Position numbers and translations under genes: made by a program. Of a stretch of DNA of 64,000 nt, positions 53,292 through 63,305 are shown one piece after another. This DNA comes from Longimicrobiales bacterium (GTDB lineage: Bacteria; Gemmatimonadota; Gemmatimonadetes; Longimicrobiales; Gaopeijiaceae). Within the stretch, counting starts at the first letter, position 1, and the number at the start of each line of letters is the position of its first letter. The DNA lies in contig CBDAON010000004.1 of NCBI GenBank assembly GCA_965198065.1, positions 1,440,001 through 1,504,000 of the forward strand, written 5' to 3'. The notes beneath the pieces are model-generated. The model did not search any database, was not told the origin of the DNA, and saw only the letters and a program-made list of their open reading frames with translations.

Positions 53292-53460
53292 TCAGGTCCA
53301 GCGCCCGCGCAACGTCTCGGCGAGCGTCCCGTAGTCCCGGGCCAAGTGCGTCACTTGCCCGCTGAGCTGCTCGACCTGCCGCCGCAAGGTCTCGACCTGC
53401 GCGGTGTGCTGCTGCTGCGCCTGCTCGTACTGCGCGGACAACGCCCGCAAGGCGGAATAC
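53292..53460 (-). pseudogene. Possible MbeD/MobD-like mobilization coiled-coil remnant
   Basis: ALRALSAQYEQ...LRRQVEQLSGQVTHL resembles MbeD-type peptides; N-terminus missing. Confidence 0.4.
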
Positions 53461-53728
53461 TCGGGGCCTGAATCACGGCAAGAAATCACGTAAGTTCAAT
53501 CAGGACTGCACGATCTGCCGCTCTTGCCATGGGAGGACTATCCGATTCCGTCGTCTCAAAATGGCCGGAATGCAGGAGTGAACGGCGGGAGTTCAGACGG
53601 ATGATTTCGACGCCGTTCGAGGTCGGCCGAGAGCTTCGGGATGCGCTTGGGGCGAGCCGCTCAAGTGGCGGGTGATGTCCGCCCTTTCCCAACACTCCGC
53701 AGATGCGCGTCCATTGAGGTTTGGGATA

Positions 53729-54764
53729 TGATCTGCCCCCTAAAACGAGACCGAGTCCAGTTTTAGAATTCTAGACGGGTCGAGACATGGGAAAGGAGGT
53801 CAGAATGGCAGCGCCAAAGAAGCTAAGCGCGGGACAGATCATCAACCAGCTGCGCAAGGCGGAGGTGGGCCTAGCGAACGGGAAGAGGGTCAAGCAAGTG
53901 TGCCGGGAGCTTGGGGTGAGCGAAAGGAAGGCGTGCCGGGTGTTGGGCCAGGCGCGCTCGACGCAGCGTCGGATCCCGAAGCGAAGGGAGGACGAGGAGG
54001 CGCTGAGACAGGGCGTGGTGAAGGTGGCCCGACGGTTTGGACGCTACGGGTACCGGATGGTGACGGGGATGCTGAGGACGCAGGGCTGGGGTGTGAACCA
54101 CAAGCGGGTGGAGCGGATCTGGAGGCTGGAGGGGCTCAAGGTACCAAGTAAGCAGCCGAAACAGGGCCGCCTGTGGTTGACGGACGGCTCGTGTATCCGA
54201 CTGCGGCCCCTGTACCGACATCACGTATGGGCGTATGACTTCGTGTCCGACCGGACGCATGATGGACGGCCGCTCAAGATGCTGACGGTCCTAGACGAAT
54301 ACAGCCGGGAGTGCCTGGCGATCGTGGTGGCCCGCAGGCTTCAGTCGGACGATGTCCTGCAGACGCTGAGTGAGCTGTTTGCCGAGCATGGTCCCCCGAC
54401 GAACCTACGTTCGGACAACGGGCCGGAGTTCACGGCCCAGGTGGTTCGGCAGTGGCTTGGAGGGTTGGGTGTGAAGACGCTGTTCATCGAACCCGGCAGC
54501 CCGTGGAAAAACGGCTACAACGAGAGCTTCAACGGCACGCTCAGGCAAGAGCTGTTGAGGCGCGAGATTTTCTATTCGCTCCAGGAGGCGAAGGTGCTGA
54601 TCGAGCAGTGGCGACGCGAATACAACACCGTCCGACCCCACAGCTCTCTGGGCTATTTACCGCCCGCTCCTGAAGCAATCCGACCCGACCCGAAGCTGCT
54701 CAACCTGCCCTTGCTACTCGGACCTCACCCCAGACAAAATGAGGCGGTTCGACTAACACTCTAG
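53729..54764 (+). mobile_element. IS3-family element with internal deletion and no right IR
   Basis: Left end tgatctgccccc; OrfA N-terminus fused in frame to OrfB (YGYR, VNHKRV, WAYDF, RSDNGPEF, NGYNESFN, YNTVRPHSSLGY). Confidence 0.9.
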
Positions 54765-54822
54765 GTGGTCACCGTGGAGACCGGCGGGTACGAGCTGCAC
54801 CCGGTCGCCACCAGCAGATAAT

Positions 54823-55131
54823 TCACCATGCGCTGGAACACGTGGGAGAGCGGCACATCCACGCGACGTCGAGGTTGAGGTTCCGGTGGTAGACGTCGTC
54901 CACCACGTGCGCCTGCACCAGGTCCCGCAGCTCTTTCAGGTCGATGACGTATCCGGTCTCCGGATCCACCGGCCCGCGCACGGTCACCTCGAGCTCGTAG
55001 TTGTGGCCGTGCCAGTTCGGGCTTGAGCAGTCCCCGAACACGTCCGCGTTGTGCGCGTCGGACCACTCGCTGCGGAACAGCCGATGCGCGGCGCTGAAAT
55101 GGAGCCGGCGGGTGACCCGGACCTCGGGCAT
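54823..55131 (-). pseudogene. queD: 6-carboxy/pyruvoyl-tetrahydropterin synthase, 3'-truncated
   Basis: FSAAHRL, C...HGHNY, G.VIDL, HRNLNLDV; the C-terminal TEN motif is missing. Confidence 0.85.
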
Positions 55132-55283
55132 CCAGTGGCCTCCGGGTTGGATCGAGCGGGAGCGCGGCGAGGCGGCCGAGGACCGCCGGCGCCTACCGGG
55201 CCGCGCGCTCGTGCGGCGGACCGTGCGCGGGCGATACCCATGGCCGATGGGATCGTTTCCGCTTGCCGGCCAGGATCGGCCCG

Positions 55284-55322
55284 AAAAGGAGCGGGGCCGG
55301 CGCCCTGAAGCGCCGACCCCGC
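55284..55322 (-). terminator. Intrinsic terminator
   Basis: Minus strand gcggggtcggcgc-loop-gcgccggccccgc followed by tcctttt. Confidence 0.65.
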
Positions 55323-55326
55323 AGGT

Positions 55327-55480
55327 GTACCTGGAGGGTTTTTTTATTGAAGCCCGGGTCGATACGTCTGGCGACCTCCCCTCGGCTTCCGCCTTCCTCA
55401 CGACGGAGGCGTGACGTCCACCTCGGGAGCTCGGTCCCGGCTTCGCTTGTGTTGGCTCAATAAACGAGCCCCCCAAGCAC
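55327..55480 (-). ncRNA. ssrS: Probable 6S RNA
   Basis: Ends pair (gtgcttgggggg/ccctccaggtac; tttattgagcc/ggcttcaataaa) around an unpaired central region and an apical stem; TATATT -10 upstream; terminator downstream. Confidence 0.65.
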
Positions 55481-55486
55481 GTTCGA

Positions 55487-55492
55487 AATATA
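55487..55492 (-). promoter_or_regulatory. -10 element of the ncRNA
   Basis: TATATT 6 nt before the predicted 5' end, in GC-rich DNA. Confidence 0.5.
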
Positions 55493-55546
55493 GGGAGCAG
55501 GACCCGTGCCGTTCATCACCGCATGATCGCGCTGCCGCCGCGCCAA

Positions 55547-56011
55547 TCACTGCACGGTGACGAGCACGGGCCATGGTCCGAGATCCTCGTGCTGCTCCAC
55601 GTTGTGCCACAGCACGAAATCGAGGCTCGTGCTGCCCGCGGTGACCCCGGTCAAGGTGGCCGTAAACGCGCCTGTGCGCGAGAAGGTCAGCAGAGAGGCA
55701 TTCGCGGGAGTGAGACGCAGCTCGAACTCTCCCAGTTCCGCATTCACCGAGGCGCCCGCATCGTTCAGGAACGTGGCGGTGACGTTTTGCGTGCCCGTGG
55801 GGATCACGATCGGGCTGGGGCCGGCGATGACCGTGCCGCTCGTGTTCAACGTCACGGTGCTCGCCCCCACGGTGAGCTGGATCGTCGCGATCGCCTCTGC
55901 CGGATCGTCGATCGCCTCTGTCGGATCGTCGTCGCATGCGGCCAGCATCGCGACGGTAGCGAAGAGCGGAGCCAAAGCGAGCGCGCGGATCCAACGGGTT
56001 CTGGTCTGCAT
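55547..56011 (-). CDS. Lipoprotein associated with the TonB receptor
   Basis: Lipobox LAAC; C-terminal LWH...HED His motif. Confidence 0.75.
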   Translation of the reverse strand: MQTRTRWIRALALAPLFATVAMLAACDDDPTEAIDDPAEAIATIQLTVGASTVTLNTSGTVIAGPSPIVIPTGTQNVTATFLNDAGASVNAELGEFELRLTPANASLLTFSRTGAFTATLTGVTAGSTSLDFVLWHNVEQHEDLGPWPVLVTVQ

Positions 56012-56062
56012 GGTAGTTCTCCGCTGGCTGTGTGTGTGGGATGTGTGTGTGTTGTTGGACGT

Positions 56063-58373
56063 CTAGAACGACAGCCGGTACATGAGCACAAAGTTCCGCC
56101 CGGGCTGCGGCATGATGTCCTTGATGCGAGACAAGTGGTCGCGGTACTCCGTGTCGGTGACGTTTTCCACGCGCGACGTGAGCGTGTGGAACCGTCCGCC
56201 GATCAGCCTGCGCACGCCTACGTCCAGCGTTCCGGTCACGTATTCCGGGGTGCGCGTCTCGAAGTCGCCCAGCCGCTCCTGGGCCGCGGCCCAGCGTATG
56301 CTCACACCCCCGAACACGCGCGGGTTCTCGTAGCGGAGCCCCACCCGCCCATTGAGCGGCGGGATGAGCGACGGATACGGCGAGGCCGGCACGAACGTCG
56401 TGTCGGTCCCCTGGATGATCGGGACCGACGCGCGCTCCGACGTGAAGCGGGCGCGCACGTAAGAGGCGGTGGCCTCCGCGACCCAGGCACCCCCGAGGCT
56501 CACCTGAGCCTCCCCCTCGGCGCCCACGAAGCGCGTGTTTTCGTTCGTGTACTGGAAGCGGGGGCGCCCCCCCTGAGTGCCCAGCTCCGCCCGCCCCCGG
56601 CTGGACGGGAAGACGTAGTCGTTCAGCCAGTTGCTGAATCCGGCGAGCTCGGCCGTGAATCCCTCGGTCGTCACCCGCACGAACGCGTCCACCCCCAGCC
56701 CCGTCTCCCGCCCCAGAGATGGATCGCCCACGTCGTACGAGTTGGCCGCCAGGTGCGGCCCGTTCGAGTAGAGCTCGTTGAAGTCGGGCGTACGGTACGC
56801 ACGGCTCACGCTCGTGCCGAGCCGCACGGCGTTAGTGGCCGCGAAGAGCAGCCCCGCCGAGCCCGACACGGCGCCGAATGTGCGCGGCCGCACCGGAATC
56901 CGCTGTCCGCCCGCGAAGATGAACGCGGTCGTATCGCGCGGGACGTAGTGGGCCCAGTCGTAGCGCGCGCCCAACTGGAGCCGGAGCCGGCCGATCCCGA
57001 TCTCCTCCACCAAGAACGCCGCCAGCGCCAAGTCGTACGTAGATGGCGTGCGCAGCGAGCCCCCGGTCTGGATGTCGCGATAATGCGCCTGCGCGCCCAC
57101 CGCCCCGAGCGCCAACGGACCCGCCGCGCCGTGGCGCGCGAGCAGGTCCAGATTGCTCATGTTCTGAGTGTACTCGGTGCCGACGTTGCCGCTCTGCTCC
57201 AGCTCGACATGGTTGTAGTAGGTGTACGAGCCGGCCGCACGAAGCGTGTTGACGAAGCGCTCTTCCTCGTAATGCCGCTCCGCCTCGCCGCGAAACGAGT
57301 GGCGCCGCATCTCGATGTCGACGCCGCGCTCGTGTCCGCCCACGAAGCCGCCGGGAATCCCGTAATGAGTGTCGAAGAAGCGGTACGCGGCTCCCGCGTG
57401 GCCCCAAGGCCCGATCGTCGCGCCGCCGAGCGCACCCGAGAACGTGCGCGCCCCGGTGTTCACCAGGTCGCCCACCGGCGTAGCCACGTCGCCCGACCGC
57501 CGCACGCTCCCCTCCGCGCGCAGCGCGAGCGGTCCGAGTCCGGCGGTGACGAACCCGCCGGCGGTGAAGCTGTCGTTGCCAAGTCTCGCCCTGCGTCGTG
57601 AGGGTGCCGTGCGCCTGCCCGGTACGCGAGGTCGGAATCTCCTCGCTCACGACGTTCACCACCCCACCGAGCGCGCTGCTCCCGTAGAGCAGCGACATCG
57701 GCCCCCGCACGATCTCGAACCGCTTCGCGTTCACCGCGTCGATGGCAACCGCGTGATCGCCCGAGGTGGACGACATGTCCCCCGGCCGCATCCCGTCCTC
57801 CAGGATCAGGATCCGATCGCCTCCCAGCCCACGCAGCACGGGCCGTCCCGTCACCGGCCCGATCGAGCTCACCGCGAGCCCGGGCTCGGACTCCAAGGTG
57901 CCGGCCACGGTCGTGCTGAGGCGCCGGTCCAGCTCGGCCCCGCTCATCACCGAGACGGGGCTCATCACGTCCTGCCCGGCGCGCCGGGTGAGCGCGCCGG
58001 TCACCACGATCTCGGAGAGCTCGATGGCGCGAACGTGCAAGGCGGTCAGGATCTCGGTGGTCGCGTCGGCGCGCACCTCCACTTCCTGGACGTGCCGGTC
58101 GTAGCCGAGCTGCTCGATCTCGACCGTGTAGCGGCCGGCGGGCAGACGGACGAAGCGGAAGGAGCCGTCCTCCGCGGCCAGCTCGGCGCGATGCGCCTCG
58201 ACCACCTCCACCCGCGCGAGCGGGAGGGGCTCCCCGGTCTGCTCGTCGGTGACGCGGCCCGACAGTACGCCGACTGGCGTCTGCGCGGCGGCCGGTGCGG
58301 CCCCGTATGCGGCCCCGAGCGCCGCCCCTAGAACCAGCCCGATGCGGGCTGCGAATCCCGTCCCCTGAACCAC
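56063..58373 (-). CDS. TonB-dependent receptor (metal-uptake, ZnuD-like), frameshifted near 57581
   Basis: AGGAGG SD and GTG start; carboxypeptidase-regulatory-like N-domain; IVVTG; RPVLRGLGGDR; DHAV; RGPMSLLYGSSALGGVVN; ELYSNGPH; terminal Phe. Confidence 0.9.
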
Positions 58374-58453
58374 GTGGCCTCCTGCTCGAATGCACCGACT
58401 CGCCGCGCGCGATCGGCGCGCACGGCTTCGACGATCCTCGGATGGGATTGGGG

Positions 58454-58789
58454 TCAGGCCGCAGGGGGTGCGCGCGAGCGGAGCGAGGAAACGCGCGTGA
58501 AATGAGGAGGCCAGGCCTCGGGGGAGGCGTCGGGATTCGGCGCGAGCAGCCCATCCCGGTGATAGCGGGACCCATCGGTGGGAGCGGCGCTCGACACCAC
58601 TACCTGCGTGCAGATTGTGTGGTCGTGGCCGCGCACGCACGCGCCGGGATCGTGCGCGCTCTCCACCACCGCGCCGTGGCTCCATCCGTCGGCATCCATG
58701 ATCGGCACGGCGAGCCCCGCCCAGAGCGAGAACGTCGCCAGACATGGCGTCAGGACACGGCGGAGCGGATGGTGAGAGCGAGCGTTCAC
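58454..58789 (-). CDS. His/Cys-rich leader ORF ending in RAPP (DUF2946/CutF/CruR-like)
   Basis: Signal-like N-terminus; HDPGACVRGHDHTIC; C-terminal SLRSRAPPAA. Confidence 0.7.
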   Translation of the reverse strand: MNARSHHPLRRVLTPCLATFSLWAGLAVPIMDADGWSHGAVVESAHDPGACVRGHDHTICTQVVVSSAAPTDGSRYHRDGLLAPNPDASPEAWPPHFTRVSSLRSRAPPAA

Positions 58790-59244
58790 GGCCTTAGGTT
58801 AGACGCGTGGTCGGTGCGTGTCAAAAGACGCTCCGCCCCCGGCCCCTCCCGTTGCGGAGCCGGTCGGCTGCGTAACGGGCGGTTGAGAGCACGGCCGGAC
58901 GGGCTACCCATTGAGACCCGGCAGCTCTCCGCGTTCTAGTTGGTCGAAGGCGCGCCGTACATAGCGCTGCGTGCGGTACTCTCCGAATTCCTTCAGGTAG
59001 TGTCCCGGGATTTGTGTAAAAGCGGTAGGCTGGACGGCGGGGATTGGGCTCGGCGCGGTTACGGTGGCGTTGTCTCTGGTGGCGGGGCTGCTCGGCCCGG
59101 TGGCGATCGCGGTCTATAGCGGTGGTGCTCATCATGCCGGTGTGGGTGGCATGGTACTAGCTCGCGCGGCGAGGATGAAGGCGGCGGATGGCGGGCCGGC
59201 TGCGCAGCAGCGCCGCCGGCGCGACCGGTGACGCGAGGGTGGCG

Positions 59245-59430
59245 TCAGTCGATCTCACTTGCCGCGATGCGCAGCTTCCCGCCAGTGGCCGAGCGCGGCT
59301 GGCGGATGACGATGTCGATATCGCGGCCGAGCGCGGTCAGCAGGCGGAACAGGCGCTCCAGGGAATACTCGCGGAAGTCGCCCCTGAGCAGCCACGACAC
59401 GTCGGGCTGGGTGAGGCCGAGCAGGCGCGC
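59245..59430 (-). pseudogene. C-terminal part of an XRE/HTH_37 (HigA-like) regulator
   Basis: ARLLGLTQPDVSWLLRGDFREYSLERLFRLLTALGRDIDIVI. Confidence 0.75.
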
Positions 59431-59453
59431 CGGGAACGGAAGCACGCGGCCGG

Positions 59454-60590
59454 GTGCTGGAGAAGGGTCTGAACGGCGTCATCAAGAAGATCGCCGCCCT
59501 GCTCGAAGGCGGTACGGTCGAATCGGAGCGTCGCGCCTCCCTGCATATGGCGTTTGGCGTCGCCCTGGCGACCCTGGGTGAGCGGGAGCCCGGGACAGAG
59601 CGCCTTGAGCAGGCCGTGGCTGTCCACACTGGGGCGCTCAAGGAGTGGACGCGCGTGCGGGTGCCCCTCAAATGGGCTATGACGCAGAGCAACCTCGGTG
59701 TTGCCCTTACGGCCTTGGGTGAGCGGGAGCCCGGGACAGAGCGCCTTAAGCAGGCCGTGGCCGCCTATACCGAGGCGCTCAAGGAGCGTACCCGTGAGCA
59801 GGTGCCCCTCGACTGGGCCGGGACGCAGAGCAACCTCGGCGCCGCCCTTACGACCCTGGGTGAGCGAGAGCCCGGGACAGAGCGCCTTAAGCAGGCCGTG
59901 GCCGCCTTCACCGAGGCACTCAAGGAGCGTACCCGTGAGCAGGTGCCCCTCAACTGGGCCGCGACGCAGAGCAACCTCGGCGCCGCCCTTACGGCCCTAG
60001 GCGAGCGGGAGCCCGGGCCAGAGCGCCTTAAGCAGGCCGTGGCCGCCTATACCGAGGCGCTCAAGGAGCGTACCCGTGAGCAGGTGCCCCTCGACTGGGC
60101 CGGGACGCAGAACAACCTCGGCGCCGCCCTGGCGACCTTGGGCAAACGGGAGCCCGGGCCAGAGCGCCTTAAGCAGGCCGTGGCCGCCTATACCGAGGCG
60201 CTCAAGGAGCGTACCCGTGAGCAGGTGCCCCTCAATTGGGCCGAGACGCAGAGCAACCTCGGCGCCGCCCTTACGACCCTAGGCGAGCGGGAGCCCGGGC
60301 CAGAGCGCCTTAAGCAGGCCGTGGCCGCCTATACCGAGGCACTCAAGGAGCGTACCCGTGAGCAGGTGCCCCTCAAATGGGCCGCGACGCAGAACAACCT
60401 CGGTGTTGCCCTTACGGCCCTGGGCGAGCGGGAGCCTGGGACAAAGCGCCTTAAGCAGGCCGTGGCCGCCTTCACCGAGGCGCTCAAGGAGCGTACCCGT
60501 GAGCAGGTGCCCCTCGACTGGGCCATGACACAGAGCAACTTCGACCGCGCCATTCAGATCTTACGTGACCGGGGCAGACGGTCCCGCTGA
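59454..60590 (+). CDS. TPR-like repeat protein, probably N-terminally truncated
   Basis: Seven 47-aa units (LGEREPGTERLKQAVAAYTEALKERTREQVPLDWAxTQSNLG). Confidence 0.85.
   Translation: MLEKGLNGVIKKIAALLEGGTVESERRASLHMAFGVALATLGEREPGTERLEQAVAVHTGALKEWTRVRVPLKWAMTQSNLGVALTALGEREPGTERLKQAVAAYTEALKERTREQVPLDWAGTQSNLGAALTTLGEREPGTERLKQAVAAFTEALKERTREQVPLNWAATQSNLGAALTALGEREPGPERLKQAVAAYTEALKERTREQVPLDWAGTQNNLGAALATLGKREPGPERLKQAVAAYTEALKERTREQVPLNWAETQSNLGAALTTLGEREPGPERLKQAVAAYTEALKERTREQVPLKWAATQNNLGVALTALGEREPGTKRLKQAVAAFTEALKERTREQVPLDWAMTQSNFDRAIQILRDRGRRSR
59574..60560 (+). repeat. Seven tandem 141-bp coding repeats
   Basis: Unit anchors near 59580, 59721, 59862, 60003, 60144, 60285 and 60426. 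Confidence 0.92.
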
Positions 60591-60994
60591 TCGGATGCGG
60601 CGAGGGACTGCCCCCCTCTGATTGGTTTCGGTAAGTGCATATCGAACAAGAAAATAGAGCCGCCCGCGGCACGTCACCCGCTACTTCGCCACAGAGCGAC
60701 GGCGATGACTGATCGGAGCTCAGAGAGGTGGATTTTAGGCCAGCCGACTGTTCCCGGACGCCAACCAGCCAGCTCCGATCGCTCCCGGCCCGGCTCTTCC
60801 GGGTGCCTCCCTTCTCCGGCGCCTTCGCGTTGAAGCGCGGGAACCAGGTCGAGGCGCTGCGCTCGATCCCGTCATGCCCCCGGTCGGACTCTTCGGCCCG
60901 GCACCTCTTCCCGAGGACGCCGACTCCGATACTTTCTGATAGACCCTACAACCCCATTCACGCTTGCTTCAGGTCTGGCTAGAGAGGTTTCCGC

Positions 60995-61621
60995 ATGGGC
61001 AGTGTGTTCGTCTATTGGGACAACTCGAACATTTTCCACGAAGCGCAACGCTTTGCTGTCGAACGCAACGAAGGGCCCGACGCCCGCTATCGGGTGAGGA
61101 TCAACTTCGAGAACATGCTGCGGCTAGCGCACGCCGACCGGCCGCTTGAGAGGGCGCTTGCGGCCGGTTCCGTCCCGCCGGAACTGCGACACCTGTGGAA
61201 CCGGCTGGACGGGCTCGGAGTGGACGTGACGTTGTTTGATCGGGGCGAACCCGGTCGCGGTGAGCAAAACATGCCCGACCACGTCCTGCAGTTACGCATG
61301 CTCGAAGATGCCCTCGACTACAATGGCGATCCTGGCATCGTGGCGCTCCTGACCGGTGACGGCGCTGGATACATGGATGGCGCTGGATTCCATAGCACCC
61401 TGGAACGCATGCACAAGCGCGGCTGGCGCATCGAGATCCTTTCGTGGGCGCATTCATGCAATCAACGGATGCGCTCCTGGGCGCAAGAGCATGGCGTTTT
61501 TGTGCCGCTGGACGACTTCTACGAGGCCATCACGTTCATGGAGCCATCTCGACCGGGGCATGAATTTGCCCCCGAGCGGAGGTCGGGCGAATTGGACTTG
61601 TCCCGTCGACCGACGGCGTGA
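60995..61621 (+). CDS. NYN-domain (PIN-fold) putative ribonuclease
   Basis: VYWDNSN, EQNMPD, LLTGDG, GWRIEILSW, FVPLDDF. Confidence 0.85.
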   Translation: MGSVFVYWDNSNIFHEAQRFAVERNEGPDARYRVRINFENMLRLAHADRPLERALAAGSVPPELRHLWNRLDGLGVDVTLFDRGEPGRGEQNMPDHVLQLRMLEDALDYNGDPGIVALLTGDGAGYMDGAGFHSTLERMHKRGWRIEILSWAHSCNQRMRSWAQEHGVFVPLDDFYEAITFMEPSRPGHEFAPERRSGELDLSRRPTA

Positions 61622-61850
61622 GCACTGTTGGTCGGCCGGCCGACGGCGCTGCCGATGAGCAGATGCTGGCCGGCACGCTCACAACCGAGGCGTTCGTCGA
61701 GCGGGTGCGGCGCGGATCGCGTCAGTTTGTGGAGATCTGAGGGCAAGTGCCGAGTCCCGCGCGTGCGAACGACTGGCAGAGCCAGCACTCTCACCACTCC
61801 TCGTTCAGGGAGAAGCTCATCGAGCATCTCGTGTAGTAGTTCACACCAGC

Positions 61851-63282
61851 CGGATCATCCCCGCGTAGGCGGGGAACACTGCGCCCTCTTCGCCTTCTTC
61901 TGTAGATACTTCGGATCATCCCCGCGTAGGCGGGGAACACTGGGGGGGGTCGGACAGCTCACCCCACGTATCCGGATCATCCCCGCGTAGGCGGGGAACA
62001 CCGCCGAATATGCCACCCACCTGGACCTCCTATCGGATCATCCCCGCGTAGGCGGGGAACACGTGAGTGCGATCGCGCCGTTCGACTCCGTAGCCGGATC
62101 ATCCCCGCGTAGGCGGGGAACACAATACATCCAGCACCACCTGGTCCATCGTATCCGGATCATCCCCGCGTAGGCGGGGAACACATGGACTGCTCCACAC
62201 CCGTCTTGTGCGTCGCCGGATCATCCCCGCGTAGGCGGGGAACACGGCGTACAGTTCCGCGAGTCCGGTCAGGACATCGGATCATCCCCGCGTAGGCGGG
62301 GAACACACCTCGCGATCTATCTTCTCGTAATACTGCCTCGGATCATCCCCGCGTAGGCGGGGAACACTCGTCGAGAGCGGCCGGGATCTCGACCACCTTC
62401 GGATCATCCCCGCGTAGGCGGGGAACACTCCTCGGCCATGCCGCGCACCTGACCAGTAACCGGATCATCCCCGCGTAGGCGGGGAACACTTTCGCGCCGG
62501 CCGTTCTAGTAAACATTGACGCGGATCATCCCCGCGTAGGCGGGGAACACCCATGATCGAAGTATGCCTCGATCGCCGGGTACGGATCATCCCCGCGTAG
62601 GCGGGGAACACATCACACCGCACATCGCCCGGACTGTTGCCGCCGGATCATCCCCGCGTAGGCGGGGAACACTGTCGCCTACCGTCCGGAGCCGCCTCCG
62701 GAGACGGATCATCCCCGCGTAGGCGGGGAACACGATGACCGAGTAGGCCATAAGCGATCCGGTGGCGGATCATCCCCGCGTAGGCGGGGAACACGTGGCA
62801 GCCACACTAGGAGGGATCCCCGGGGTCGGATCATCCCCGCGTAGGCGGGGAACACTGAAGCGCACGGTCTGCAAGTACCTCCTGGAACGGATCATCCCCG
62901 CGTAGGCGGGGAACACGCAGATGTCGATCCCCTCGAGTGACTTGATCTCGGATCATCCCCGCGTAGGCGGGGAACACATTCCCAGACACCCCCCAGCCCC
63001 CGCAGATGGCGGATCATCCCCGCGTAGGCGGGGAACACCCCATGCCATGGTACCGTTCGGCGAGCTGTGCCGGATCATCCCCGCGTAGGCGGGGAACACG
63101 TAGGGCTGGTGCTCATGGAGGGCGGAATGGCCGGATCATCCCCGCGTAGGCGGGGAACACGATCCAGAGCACGCTCACGGGCGCCACTGGTGCGGATCAT
63201 CCCCGCGTAGGCGGGGAACACGAGAGATCGCGCACAAGGCGGAAGCGATCGTCCGGATCATCCCCGCGTAGGCGGGGAACAC
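61851..63282 (-). CRISPR. Type I-E-like CRISPR array: 24 identical 29-bp repeats, 23 spacers of 32 bp
   Basis: cggatcatccccgcgtaggcggggaacac every 61 bp from 61851 to 63254; reverse complement GTGTTCCCCGCCTACGCGGGGATGATCCG. Confidence 0.99.
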
Positions 63283-63305
63283 CGTGGGCCGACTCTTTCA
63301 ACCGG

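Noticed and set aside
58821..59135. 104-aa minus-strand ORF
   Set aside because: No recognisable motif; cannot be supported as a gene
61880..63253. Self-targeting or duplicated spacers
   Set aside because: No duplicate spacer or match within the window was seen by eye; an exhaustive alignment was not possible
47636..63282. Cas genes and array forming one functional CRISPR system
   Set aside because: The repeat is I-E type, the cas genes are broken I-G, and about 10 kb of unrelated DNA separates them
63197..63305. Transposase-CRISPR fusion or CAST-like element
   Set aside because: The ORF tail is read-through of a truncated IS1595 into the repeats; no Tn7-like tns/tniQ genes
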